A stretch of 63,717 nt of DNA, filler included, from Octopus bimaculoides (GCF_001194135.2; 4 parts of 4 records of this genome joined end to end with filler, not necessarily neighbours in it); one strand, 5' to 3'. Numbered from the whole stretch's first letter, positions 47,629-61,395 are shown. Numbers and translations: made by a program. The notes: generated from the sequence alone by a model not told the origin.

Positions 47629-47667
47629 GAACCTGTTGAAGACACACGAGATGTCGAAATATTGTTC
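47629..47667 (+). ncRNA. Minimal hammerhead-like motif, variant core CTGTTGA-A
   Basis: GAAC-CTGTTGA-A-GACA cacgaga TGTC-GAAA-TAT-T-GTTC: stem I GAAC/GTTC, stem II GACA/TGTC, palindromic AATATT stem III, followed by AATAAA. Confidence 0.55.
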
Positions 47668-47825
47668 AAAGGACCAATAAATAAGTTACTTTCGAGTTGC
47701 GCTTTTTGTCATTGAGTTGGCCGTAGTGATGGATTACGTCAGCTATGTTTACCTTAGTGATGGAATTTGGCAATTGTATACAAAAGTTAAGAACTTATCT
47801 ATCTATCTATCTAATAATAATAATA

Positions 47826-48012
47826 ATAATAATAATCATCCTTTTCTCTGTAGGCACAAGGTCTGAAATTCGGGGAGAGGGGCAAGTTAATTACATTAAC
47901 TCCAGTGCCCAACTGGTACTTATTTTTATTGACCCCGAAAGTATGAAAGGCAAAGTTGAATTTGAACTCAGAACGTAAAGATGGATGAAATGTTGCTAAG
48001 CATTTTGCCCAA
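47826..48012 (-). mobile_element. SINE family B
   Basis: Central domain and tail on the minus strand between (AAT)n runs. Confidence 0.8.
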
Positions 48013-48415
48013 TGTAGTAGTAATAATAAGAGTAATAATAATAATAATAATTGCTTCTAATATTTTGTAAAATTGTTTGTGATGATGATTATGCTATCAA
48101 TGAAAAGATCAAAATGCATAAAGCTCCCACCCAAACCGTCCAATTCTTGCATTGATAGATATTCTTCTGCCAGTGCCATTTCCTTCCTTTACGTTTCTCC
48201 AAGAAATCAACCAAAACCATCAACAAGAGATGTTGAGAAGATAATAGCTGTCAGAATTAAAAAAAAAAAAGATCCAGTTTCTATAAAATAGCAGAAACTT
48301 GGTGATTTAGGAGTTCCAATATAGAACTATCCAACAAGATTTCAATAACAACAACAACAACGTTTTTTTTTCAGAACAGAAAAATACACTGTGATATCAA
48401 ATGTAATTTTTAAAA

Positions 48416-48454
<39 letters not shown>

Positions 48455-48608
48455 TTATGTTTGACTTTTGCTTTGCATTTGTACAAGTTGGATCCAAGTC
48501 TCACCCAGAGACCTCAAGAGACAACAAGTTAGAAGTTCATGTAGGTGTTATGCCTAGGGTACCATATATTTGGATTTGTACATAGTGTTGTTCTAGAGAA
48601 TGTTCTAG

Positions 48609-48646
<38 letters not shown>

Positions 48647-48804
48647 CAATCTGGAAGAGAAGGATGGTACGCAACTGATAGCTACAGGTGTCGACTACCT
48701 ACTGAACATTTCGTATGCTCAGTCCAATGCTTCCCAGTGAGTTCCTGTCCAAACAAGTAGGGGCAGGTTTTGCATTGTGAAAATGCAACCAGTTGTATAT
48801 ATGG

Positions 48805-49190
48805 GTTGTTGTTGGCGTCTTTTGGTCTCGGAAGACAATAAACTAATCCAGTCTGTTTTTTACATTTCATGTCCTCTCCAGTTTCCTCTCCAGTTTTGCG
48901 CAGGCCTGGGCTAGATGTAAGAAAATCCTGGGTAGCCCAATCGTCAGGATTCCTCTCTAGACCTTGCTGATGTAGTCCAAAGGAGTGCAGAGCATTACGT
49001 TTGGCACCAGCTTGGTTGCAGGAGCTGCCGGAAGAGTGTCGAGTCGAACACTAAACCGCCTACAGGGCTCCACTCTGGATTTCTTTGGAAGTTGTCTCCT
49101 TTCCGTAACCCTGAATAGGGGCCCATACCGGGTACTGTCAGCCGGAGCCAGCTGAGCCCGGGACTCGTGTCAAGCAGGGTCGTCACTCCC
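48805..49190 (-). mobile_element. Internally deleted non-autonomous RTE derivative (5' UTR joined to 3' end)
   Basis: Minus strand gtggagccc...cttccggcagctcctgcaaccaagctggtgccaaacgt (BovB-like 5' UTR motif as recalled), then within about 150 bp attgtcttccgagaccaaaagacgccaacaacaac (RTE-like 3' terminus); no ORF. Confidence 0.45.
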
Positions 49191-49962
49191 TAAAGTAATG
49201 AAGAAAATTGCTACCCACTACCTAAGCATATATGGGTTACAGGGGAGATAATCTGTCAAAGTTTACATTTTGATGTTTTATGTTAAAAACATTAAATGGA
49301 AGTGAAATGGTCTGAAGTAGCCAACATTTGTTTCGACATACACACAGTAAGTGTGGAGTTACACATCCTAACTCTCTTCTGTATGTGTCAACCGTTATTA
49401 CAACTACTTATACTACTACCAACTCCACTACTATTACTAGGTAACAATTGTAGTACGACTACTACAACTACTACTATCGCTGATACCACTACAGTTACCA
49501 CCACCCCTCCCCCACTTTATAGTAGTCTTTAAGTCTTTGCACATCAGATATTTTCGAAAGCTTCCAGTAATCTCAGTTTACTTATTTACCATTCCAGCTT
49601 GAACATTGACCACCACCATTACTACTACTTCTATTACTTATAGGATAAAGTAGGGGGTGGGTAGTGGTGACAGGGATTTCAGTCAATGATCCTGAGTCAA
49701 ATTAGCAGATAATTTTACTCCAAGAAAACTGAGAACTGTTTGGATTAAAAGTGGAAACTGGAATAGCCCCCCCACCCCCATTTCTTTTTCTCTCTCCAAT
49801 CTACCCTTAACCCTCTCTCTTTCTCTCTCTCCAGTCTACCCTTAACACACTCTCTCTCTCTCTCCAGTCTACACCCTCATCCTCTCTATATACACACACA
49901 CACACAGTACCTATATAAGCATGCAAAGATCCAACCATGGAATGACACTGAGGTATACACAG

Positions 49963-50012
<50 letters not shown>

Positions 50013-50907
50013 CTACACATACACAATTACACACACTCTCTTTCTCTCTCCCTCTTTTACTCTTTTTCTCTTCCTTACCTCTTCTTTCTCTCTCTCTCTC
50101 TCTCATCAGATTGACAGAATCGTCAGAAGAGAGTACCTTGCAGTATTCGTTCCAACTCTTTCGGTTCTCAGTTTGCAATCCAGACAAGGCCAACTTTGCC
50201 TTTCATCTTTTCCAGGTCAATAAAATAGAATACCAGTCATGTACTGGGATTCATGTTATCAACTTACCCTTCCCCTCAAAATTGCTAAGCCTTACGCCTA
50301 ACTTAGAAAGGATTGTTAGGGTAACAGACAAACTGCCTCAAAGGGTAAAGTTGCATCCATTTGTATTCTATGAGTCCCAGAAGTTGATAAAAAAAAAAAA
50401 AGAGGACCAACCAAGTACTGTGGTTATGTCATTTATTTTATCCTCCTCTCAAAATTTATATTTGGATTATCATTACCTTCCTCCACCACCTCGTCATCAT
50501 CGTCATCATCGGCAGTTTCTATCCAGTTGTTTATCTTGCTAGAAATAACAGCCAAATCTCTTGTAAATTGCATCTTGTTGCCTTTGAGATTGAGGGATTC
50601 ATTGGACATGCATACAGTAAATGTGGGGTTGTTCACGAGTGGAACTCATTTGATTGTAAATCTGGTTGATCGAGGCTGACCTAGGGCTAAACGTAATCAT
50701 CATCATTATTTTTGCAAGTCTTTTCTACAAATCTTTATTACATCTGAATAAATCCACCTTGGAGTACTCTGTAATTCTTGGTGTGTAATGGAATGCCAAT
50801 AATGATAATAGTAGTAGTAGTAGTAGTAGTAGTTTGAAATTGGTTCTGGAATTACGCTGTTTGCTAACAATGGTGATCCTCTGCCTCCTCCTCCTCCTCC
50901 CCCCCCC

Positions 50908-51007
50908 NNNNNNNNNNNNNNNNNNNNNNNNNNNNNNNNNNNNNNNNNNNNTTAATTAATTAANNNNNNNNNNNNNNNNNNNNNNNNNNNNNNNNNNNNN
51001 NNNNNNN
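50908..51007. other. Artificial assembly spacer 44N-TTAATTAATTAA-44N
   Basis: Same layout as 24072-24171. Confidence 0.9.
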
Positions 51008-51274
51008 AATAAGATTTAAAGATTACAAGGAATATGTCTCCCCATACACAAATATAGGCACATGCACACTCACAAGAGCACTCATCTGTTTATAACCACA
51101 AGCACACACACACACACACACACACACACATCGACACAAGGCAGATACATTCATACATATATACTTATATACATGCATAAATACATATATACATAAATAC
51201 ATACATAGATACATAAATACATACATATATGCATACATACACCTATATATGCATAAATATATATATACACACAT
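51008..51274. repeat. 267-bp exact duplicate of 52034-52300
   Basis: Identical sequence; one copy begins at an artificial spacer and the other ends at a gap. Confidence 0.9.
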
Positions 51275-51339
51275 ATCAAAATATATTTCTAAATACTTAT
51301 ATATATATATATCAAAATACATAAATATATATGTATGCC

Positions 51340-51381
<42 letters not shown>

Positions 51382-51391
51382 NNNNNNNNNN

Positions 51392-51428
<37 letters not shown>

Positions 51429-51706
51429 GCATATATATATATACATACATACATATGCATGTGTTCGTGTATACATGCATAACTAGGAAAATTTGCAGAT
51501 TTTACAAGTAATGCACGAGGACCCGTATCCATACATATTCTTCCGTCTGCCAAAGGTTTTCATGAATATATGCACTAAGTTTTATTTTTTTTAAATAATT
51601 TTCTTGCAATCATACTTCTATTTTGAATTTCTGCGTACATAAAATGAGTGGTCTATATACAGGTATTTCAATGCACACAACCCACCTCGTTCATATATAA
51701 ATCTCT

Positions 51707-51821
<115 letters not shown>

Positions 51822-52874
51822 TTATGCATATTTGTTTGTGTTCGTTTGTTCTTGTATGCGTGTGTTTGGGTATGCGTCTGTGTGTGTGTGTGTTTGTGAA
51901 TCCGTGTGCGTTTGTGTACTAAGTGTCGGAGACAGCCGGAAATCTGCATCAATAGACGACATTAATATTTTATGTGAAACATATGCTCTGCAAGAAATAT
52001 TGTCTGTTTTTATTTTACTAGATATTGTTTAAGAATAAGATTTAAAGATTACAAGGAATATGTCTCCCCATACACAAATATAGGCACATGCACACTCACA
52101 AGAGCACTCATCTGTTTATAACCACAAGCACACACACACACACACACACACACACATCGACACAAGGCAGATACATTCATACATATATACTTATATACAT
52201 GCATAAATACATATATACATAAATACATACATAGATACATAAATACATACATATATGCATACATACACCTATATATGCATAAATATATATATACACACAT
52301 NNNNNNNNNNNNNNNNNNNNNNNNNNNNNNNNNNNNNNNNNNNNNNNNNNNNNNNNNNNNNNNNNNNNNNNNNNNNNNNNNNNNNNNNNNNNNNNNNNNN
52401 NNNNNNNNNNNNNNNNNNNNNNNNNNNNNNNNNNNNNNNNNNNNNNNNNNNNNNNNNNNNNNNNNNNNNNNNNNNNNNNNNNNNNNNNNNNNNNNNNNNN
52501 NNNNNNNNNNNNNNNNNNNNNNNNNNNNNNNNNNNNNNNNNNNNNNNNNNNNNNNNNNNNNNNNNNNNNNNNNNNNNNNNNNNNNNNNNNNNNNNNNNNN
52601 NNNNNNNNNNNNNNNNNNNNNNNNNNNNNNNNNNNNNNNNNNNNNNNNNNNNNNNNNNNNNNNNNNNNNNNNNNNNNNNNNNNNNNNNNNNNNNNNNNNN
52701 NNNNNNNNNNNNNNNNNNNNNNNNNNNNNNNNNNNNNNNNNNNNNNNNNNNNNNNNNNNNNNNNNNNNNNNNNNNNNNNNNNNNNNNNNNNNNNNNNNNN
52801 NNNNNNNNNNNNNNNNNNNNNNNNNNNNNNNNNNNNNNNNNNNNNNNNNNNNNNNNNNNNNNNNNNNNNNNNNN

Positions 52875-52940
<66 letters not shown>

Positions 52941-53390
52941 TCTGTGTCTGTGTTTCTTTGTTTCTGTGCATACATTTGTTCTGGTGAGTGTTGTACGAAA
53001 TATATTTTGAATATGATGGAAATATATACAACTTTCATTGGAAACAACTTGAATGTTTTATTTTGTCTCGAATTAGTCTCGCTTGTGTTCGGTCGTGTTT
53101 TTAGATTTCGTTTTACTTTTCATATTTGTTATATATATTCTGCATTTAATGAAATGCGCATTTGCTTTCTCTATTTACATTCTAATGTCGTTGTTGGTGG
53201 TGGTGTTTTCTTTTTTTAACCGTTGAACATGATATAGGGTACTCTCAAGTTTTGCAACTCATCTGCACCATACGATCATTTAATTTTACTCTGCTTACCG
53301 ACAATAAAAAATAGGGGAAAATAAATACAAAAAGCAGAAACTAAAAATATAATTTAAAAAATACACAATGCATTTTATAAATTCTCGCAG

Positions 53391-53506
53391 GTCAAAAAGT
53401 GGCAATAAATTGGAGTGAGGAGCGGCGCGGTCAGTTATTTTGCTTCAATCAATGTCATACTGACAAGACTTGGCTGCTTTTGGTAGCCAAGAATGTTTTT
53501 ATCTGA
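53391..53506 (+). CDS. Candidate exon (GQKVAINWSEERRGQLFCFNQCHTDKTWLLLVAKNVFI*) or conserved non-coding element
   Basis: ataaattctcgcag| acceptor, a single open frame, and a CpG-containing island in very AT-rich DNA. Confidence 0.25.
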
Positions 53507-54037
53507 ATTTATTGCATTTAAATATGGACACAGCGAAGGCAATGTGAAAAAACACATATAAAAATAACAAGCTAAAGGCGATGAAAATGATGAAAAAAAT
53601 CTATAAAGAGGAATAGAGACAAGTATAGTGAAAGTAAAAGCAAGAATCGATTCAGTGAAAGAATAAAGAAAATAGCAAAAACATAAACAACTTTATGAAA
53701 ATTATCATCATGATCATCATCACTTTAAAAATAGTAACAATGAAGATAATGAAGATAATGAAGTTAATGAAGATAAGGAAGACAGTGATGATGACGATGA
53801 CGACATTGAAGCTGAGTTCAGGACGATGATTTTCCTAATGATGTTCATCATTATGATTCTTATGTTTATGATGATAATTATTATGATGTTTATGTTTATG
53901 ATGACGGTTATTACGATGGTGGCCGTGATTATTACGACTTTGAGGATAATAAAGTTGTTGATGATGGTGTGACGAATTATTCAGGAATAATATTACTACT
54001 AATGTAATTCTGGTCTCTACTACTACTACTACTACTT

Positions 54038-54079
<42 letters not shown>

Positions 54080-54169
54080 ACACTACTACTAACACTACTA
54101 CTAACACTACTACTACGACTGCTGCTGCTGCTGCTACTACTACTACTACTACTGCTGCTGCTACTGCTC

Positions 54170-54221
<52 letters not shown>

Positions 54222-54820
54222 CAGCAACAACAACAACAAAAAACGAAAATAATAAAAATGATTTCAAATTTTGCCACAAGGGCAGCCATTTTGCCATTTT
54301 GGGGAAGCGGATGAGTTAATTATATCAACCCTAGTATTCAAATGGCACTCATTTTATCGNNNNNNNNNNNNNNNNNNNNNNNNNNNNNNNNNNNNNNNNN
54401 NNNNNNNNNNNNNNNNNNNNNNNNNNNNNNNNNNNNNNNNNNNNNNNNNNNNNNNNNNNNNNNNNNNNNNNNNNNNNNNNNNNNNNNNNNNNNNNNNNNN
54501 NNNNNNNNNNNNNNNNNNNNNNNNNNNNNNNNNNNNNNNNNNNNNNNNNNNNNNNNNNNNNNNNNNNNNNNNNNNNNNNNNNNNNNNNNNNNNNNNNNNN
54601 NNNNNNNNNNNNNNNNNNNNNNNNNNNNNNNNNNNNNNNNNNNNNNNNNNNNNNNNNNACACACACACAGAAATAATATATGTACAGGTGTATATATATT
54701 CATTTCTGTGTGTGTGTGTGTGTGTGTGCATACATACATACCTGCATACATACACACATACATGCCTACATACATATTGAAAGCGACACCTAACATAGTC
54801 AATCACTAAGAAAGATCTAC

Positions 54821-55236
54821 TCTTGTACTCTTTTACTTGTTTCAGTCATTTGACTGTCGCCATGCTGGAGCACCTCCTTTAGTCGTGCAAATCGACCCCA
54901 GGACTTATTCTTTGTATAACTAGTACTTATTCTATCGGTCTTATGCCGAACCGCTAAGTTATAGTTATGTAAACACACCAGCATAGATTGTCAAGCGATG
55001 TTCGGAGGGGGGGGGGACAAACACAGACACACAAACACACACACACATATATATACATATACATATATACGACGGGCTTCTTTTTCAGTTTCCGTCTACC
55101 TAATCCACTCACAAGACTTTGGTCGGCCCGAGGCTATAGTAGAAGACATTTGCCCAATGTGCCACGCAGTGGGACTGAACCCGGAACCATGTGGTTGGTA
55201 AGCAAACTACTTACCACACAGCCACTGCTGCGCCTA
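54821..55236 (-). mobile_element. SINE family A, full length
   Basis: Complete head, body, microsatellite and tail. Confidence 0.9.
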
Positions 55237-58129
55237 TTCGGAATTATTTTTAGGAATGTAATTTTTAGGAATGTAATTATTTTTACAGAATTATTTTTAG
55301 GAATGTAATTATTTTTGCGGAATTATTTTTAGGAATGTAATGTGGTCGACAACTGGAACTTTGAACATGTCTTATATTTATTTCAAACACTAAAACAGAT
55401 TAATTTAAAACGAGTTGAATACAACCTATTTGAAATTACGTAAACTAGTTGGACGACAATAACCACATTTTGCCAATTATTTTAATATCTAAATATTCAT
55501 GCCACTTTCGTTTGGTGATGGTAATGATTACTCCTCCGATGCGCATAAAGATGTCATATAGAATCAGAACAAAGCGCTACTCAGTATATACCACACACGT
55601 CGATAAAATCAGTGTTGAAAGCGTTACAATAGGGTGAGAAAGTCTATCAATTCCTAAGTCAGCGAGAGATGTAAATGCATATGTATTAATCAGTAAATCT
55701 GTTACTGAAGATGATATAAAAAAAATTTAAGCTTTTTAGAGTCACATTGCAGCGTAGTTCTGTCTTCTCAACCAGTTATCCCTGGTCTTTAGACATTCGT
55801 TTTAAGGCTCTGTTAAAGATAGGTATGGATCATAATTTACCCCTTTGGATTTTCTGACCCGGTTTTTCATTACAAGTTAATAAACAATTGCTCACAGGTT
55901 AATTTGAAAAACCTTGCTGTATTTTGGGTATTTTTCCAATTTTTACACCGCGCCTCTTATCTGTTACTGTCTTGTATTTCTGAATCGCGTTCAAGTTGCC
56001 ATTCAAATCCGACATACTACTAAACTTAGCACTAATATACAAGATGTTTTTAGAAGTTTTCTACATCTAACTGGTTAGTCTGTTATATTATCATTCTTTC
56101 AAATACGATAACCACTAACAAAGCGCCACGTTAATACTTCTTTGCATCGAAAGAGACTAATACCTAAGATTTGAAAATCATCCTTTAATCGAAGCCTCGG
56201 TTATCTTGAAACAATACAAATTCCCTTTTTCATGCAAGCTGAATAGCTTTGGTGTAAATTTTGCACTGAAGAACAATGAATGCATATTACCATGTGCTGG
56301 CAACCTTAGTCAAATTGATTTTATTACAAGACAAATTAAACGACACAGTTACCAGACACCGTCGAAGACATATCTATGCAATAGGCTTTCTCTTAAATGC
56401 GTAGTTGAATATAGGGCTGATGAAAAATTGGACACTTAAACGAAGATGTATTTACGCATTACGATAACAGTGATATTTAAGTTTTGTTTTTACACATCAT
56501 GCAGTAATATATCCATGTTTTACATTAAACGCATTCTCTTTCTCTTACCTTTTGTATGAATTCTTACGTCAGTCCATTATCACTGTGTTACCCTTTCGGA
56601 CAACTGTAAAAGACTAGATACGAGAAATAAACAAATAAGATGAAGAAATGATAAGTTGCTTTTTCTGAAAATGTATTTAAGCATGATGATCCATTATTTA
56701 ATTTGGTATATGTTTATTTCTTAGAGAAAGATTTAAAATATATCTCTAAACTTAATATGCATTGAATATCACTGTGCACAGATTAACATACGAACAAAAT
56801 CATAATGGGCCCTTTATATCTATGACGAAATTCGGAAGTGATACACGCCTTGTAGGAAAGCATTTCATTATGTGTGTAAAAGAAATCTGTCACACAATGA
56901 TATATTGACAATTGTCAGTCTCTTTGCATTGATATAAACAATTTATTATCATTTAATAACTTGCGATAAACATTGACTCTTCTAACACCAGATATCGGTG
57001 AGGATACTTTTTTTCTGATTCTAAACAACGTACTCACTATTTTGTAGTTTACTCCATCTTCATAACGTAAATATGTTGAAGACAATTAATTATCTAGTAC
57101 TCTCTTATGTAACTCTGAAACTCAACGTAATTTGTGAGGAACGCATGCTTTATCAGTCACCCTTATTCCATATGAAGTGGTGGTCACAATCCATTTTCCT
57201 ACTCCAAAATTGAGTATTGAAAGCTCTTGTTATTTTTGTTTATCTTAGTGTTGTTATTTTTCCTGTGTTTAGTGAATGAATTGACATTGTCAAAGTTTTC
57301 ACTACTGTTCAATTTTTATTGACAATTTCACATAACTCAATATTTAAATTAATATTTTCATTCAACGTATTCTTATTGTCCTTATCAGTGCTGCTGTCAA
57401 TCTTGCTAATGGTAGCATTGCTATTATTTGGGAATTGTTCCTATTAGACAGGAAATCATATCCCAACGTCACAAAAAGTGTGGTCATGACGAAATAACAT
57501 TTCTGTTATAAAGGAAGAAATAAATAAGGAACAAAATAATAAAATATACTGTCGTGAATTTGAAAGGAATCTAAAGGTGGGAGGCATATTGCATTAGCTG
57601 TTTATTTTTTTTTAATCTTTAATTGCGAACACTTCGATTCATTTGCAAATTATATTAATTTTTGCTACTCATTTTGGCTTAATTCGGTTAATGTCTGAAG
57701 GGTAGCATATTATTGTAAAGCTTAAATATAATAAATATAATTGACATTCAGTTTATGCAGTGACAAATTTGTGAGATTATGTATATTTTTGATATGTTGA
57801 TATTATTTTACATGATTGATTTTAATAGAGTTAAGGTTGCATGCCTGACTACTTTGCATAATCGCCTCACGATGATAATATCGTGTGTTTAGTTCCTGAA
57901 ATGGCTGCTAGCCGTTGCATGGCGTTGGGCAAATTACTTCACTTCATGTCGCTCAAAACTAATCTGCTGAAAAAGAGAGCCAGGCATCCATATGCTGGAT
58001 GTGTTCGATCATCGGAAGAATGCGTACATAATATTATTGTTATTCTCTGAGTATATTGGAGAGTTATATCTGGCTGCATTACCGGTCTGGGAAGTTTAAG
58101 TGGTAACAACAATGTCCTTGCCAGTAACG

Positions 58130-58410
58130 ACTTTTGGAACTTATCAAAGGACCTTGACCGTAATAAACTTGCGGCTGAAGTGGCCAGTTGCTTTTCATAG
58201 CGGCATTAAGTTTCTTCGAGAACAAATTTTGTACAGATCGTTGATGTCTGAGAAGTCGTATATCTTTCTTCCAAAACAATGAGAACAAATGTTCCAGGTC
58301 TGTCAGATACCAATCGGCGCAAATTATAACGGTCAGAGGTTTATACATTTAGAATGTGATGCTGGAATTCACCATATCTACAAGATCTCTGATAGCTTCT
58401 ACTTGGCATA
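58130..58410 (-). mobile_element. Highly decayed CR1/L2-like LINE fragment (post-RT region)
   Basis: VEAIRDL....NSSITF and LEHLFSLFWKKDIRLL..QR resemble RDLGV..DS.LTF and LEY...W....KDI..LE.VQR. Confidence 0.4.
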
Positions 58411-59769
58411 TTTATAAATGGAACTTACTATTCCCTACGTCAGTATATCTCTGCACATAAAATGTCTTCAAGGAAAAGAATTCGAAATCAATTTGAATAC
58501 TCCATTTGTTTAGCCTCTCAGAACACTTTTAGAAGAAATAGTATTCCCGCTTTATATACTGAGATTTACGTGGCTGATTTATTCATTTAGGACATTATTT
58601 TGTGCTCTGCGTTAAAGACTTGATCGGAGTCAGTTTCACCGTGAACAAAATTAGTTATGATTCCTCTCCTAACTAACATCTCTTTATATTAAAATTTCTA
58701 ATTATGTCTCTGTCTGTAATCCAGCTCTCTCAAACTCTGCATAGACTTGGCTGAGGGGCGGTCTCACTGCTAGAAAGTCAGTCATGATACATTCACTAAC
58801 ATACTTCAAAGTTTCTGTCTCTCTCTAATAATCAAGTTTACTCAATCGCTTCTCTCTTACTAAACTTAATTGATTCAATTGTAATCGCATTTATCAGGAC
58901 GATCAATATTTGTTGTGATTATTGCTTCCTATAAGCTTATTTAACTCAATCACTTGGGCGTCAAGGAAGATGTATTTAGCTTCCAGTAAGCCGGTTCCTG
59001 CATGTGAAACCTATCTTGTTCGACTGTACTGGTCACATATCTAAGATCTGTGTAGCAAATGAGTATAAACTGAGGACAGGTTATGCTGTTACTATATACT
59101 TACCTATACACTTATTCTATCTAGATACTATTTGGCAGTCTCGATACATTTTGTCCATGTCTCAAAATGCACAATTCAGTAATGTAGTCGATAACTGTCA
59201 GAGACTTAACATTTGAGGATTCGCGTGAATCTTCTGTACACAATACCTCCATCTCAGCTATTTTGGTCATCGCTTGAGTTTAGAACTTCATTCCTATACC
59301 CGAGCGGTTGTCATGATGCATCTGATGAATGGCTAATATTGCGTCAACTCCATTATCGGACAAAATAGTCACCAACAGCCAACGATGAGATGAGGTCAAA
59401 CTCCACCTTTTTAATTAAGTTCAAATTCGTACTCAAGTCTCACAGCGATCATGCCAAGTTGTATGACGCACTCGACATGTTGAGTTGTTTTCTCCACGGG
59501 CATCAAACTACTTTCAACTCGGCTTTATTTTCAATCGACCGACTCTTAACGTGAATACAATGGTAACTCAACGCACATCAATAAAATGACAGAAACTTAT
59601 TTAACGATTGTTCCTCCTCTTTCGTTCCTTTTTACTAATCTAATGATTTTTCTTAATTATTTTCTGTTATAATTCGAGTATTTCTGTAACATTTCTTTGG
59701 CTGTTGGTTGATTAACTGGTTACTATCTGCGTAATCAGTTTTACCGCTTGTGTTATTGAACTTGAATAT

Positions 59770-60420
59770 GTGGTTCTTCAAAGCTCTGTTTTCAATAGTG
59801 CCAGTGGTATATGCATCCAACGTTCTTATCCGATTGCCGTTACCTGGGGCCTAGATAGATATTGTACAGCCATTCCAGCGTTCTGTGGTACTCTTCATCG
59901 CTGACGATGTGATGCACTGTGGTCTTGCATGTTCAGATCTGGTGTGGCAGAATCTATTTTCGTCATGATTGTCCAGGTAATTACAATCATAGGTTTGTCT
60001 TAGGTGGAGTCGCCATACTCTCGTATTAGCTTCGCGGAACTCTACTTCACTCACATAGATGATCACTACACATTTCTCCACAACAAAATTTGTCAATAGA
60101 TAGTCAGAGTGATATAACGTCCATACATCATTCTACACCACCTGTGATGTCGTTAGAGCGGTTGCACTCATTGCCTCTATTGAGGACGTCTTCAATGCTC
60201 AGATAGATATCTGGTGACATCTCAGTGAGCGGTCACAATACCTACTAGAGTAAATGGAACAGCCTATAGTTGCTGAAAATATTCGCCCTGCTAAGCGGCT
60301 TGGTTTGAGGCCCTGTAGCAAGGTCTCTGAAAGGTTTATGGACCTACTGTAACCCAAGGAATGTGGAAACATCGTAGTTAGACACTTGGAAAATTTGTAC
60401 GACTCAGAGAACGACACTTA
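59770..60420 (+). mobile_element. Very decayed R4/Dong-like LINE 3' region
   Basis: Scattered motifs DDVMHCGLACSDL...YFRHD (zinc-knuckle/RHD) and FMDLL.P.E.GNIV.RHLE (REL) in the expected order across frameshifts. Confidence 0.3.
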
Positions 60421-61142
60421 GCCGAGAAACGTCGTTACACATGCGATAGTTATTTCACTGTTTTCCGTTCAATAGATTGATATCAAGTTAGTGGCACTCT
60501 ACATTTCTAGTGGAAGTGTATTTGGTGACGGTGATCATAATGGTGTCTTTATCACTACTGAAATTTTAGATTGTCTGAGGGCTTATTTGTTGTCTTAGTT
60601 AGATAAATTATTGCTGACAGTGTTATAGCTGACGCTGTTTTGTTGATACTCATATATGTTGTTGCTATTGCAGTGATGGTGGTACTGTTGGGTAGATTTC
60701 GTTGGTATAATAATTATAACAACATTTGTGTTTCTGCATCAAGTTATTGTTGTTTTCGTTGTTGACTTTGGTGATGCCGCTGCTTCCGTTACGGCAATAA
60801 GAATAGTGACAGCAAGCTACGGGAAACTCTGCTATGATATATATTCCATTAGCCATCCATGCGTCCCTCTTTGCGGCACCAAGTTGCTTATTTATTTCGT
60901 TATAGATATATTTATTTCTTTGTGTTATATAAAATTTGTTAAATTTGTGTTTAAATTTACAAATTGCGTCTCGAAATACTGAAAGAAAAGGACTTGATCA
61001 GTNNNNNNNNNNNNNNNNNNNNNNNNNNNNNNNNNNNNNNNNNNNNNNNNNNNNNNNNNNNNNNNNNNNNNNNNNNNNNNNNNNNNNNNNNNNNNNNNNN
61101 NNNNNNNNNNNNNNNNNNNNNNNNNNNNNNNNNNNNNNNNNN

Positions 61143-61395
<253 letters not shown>

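Noticed and set aside
60395-60440. CTCAGAGA...GAGAAACGTCG hammerhead-like remnant
   Set aside because: The core and stem II need several mismatches, and no convincing stem I forms
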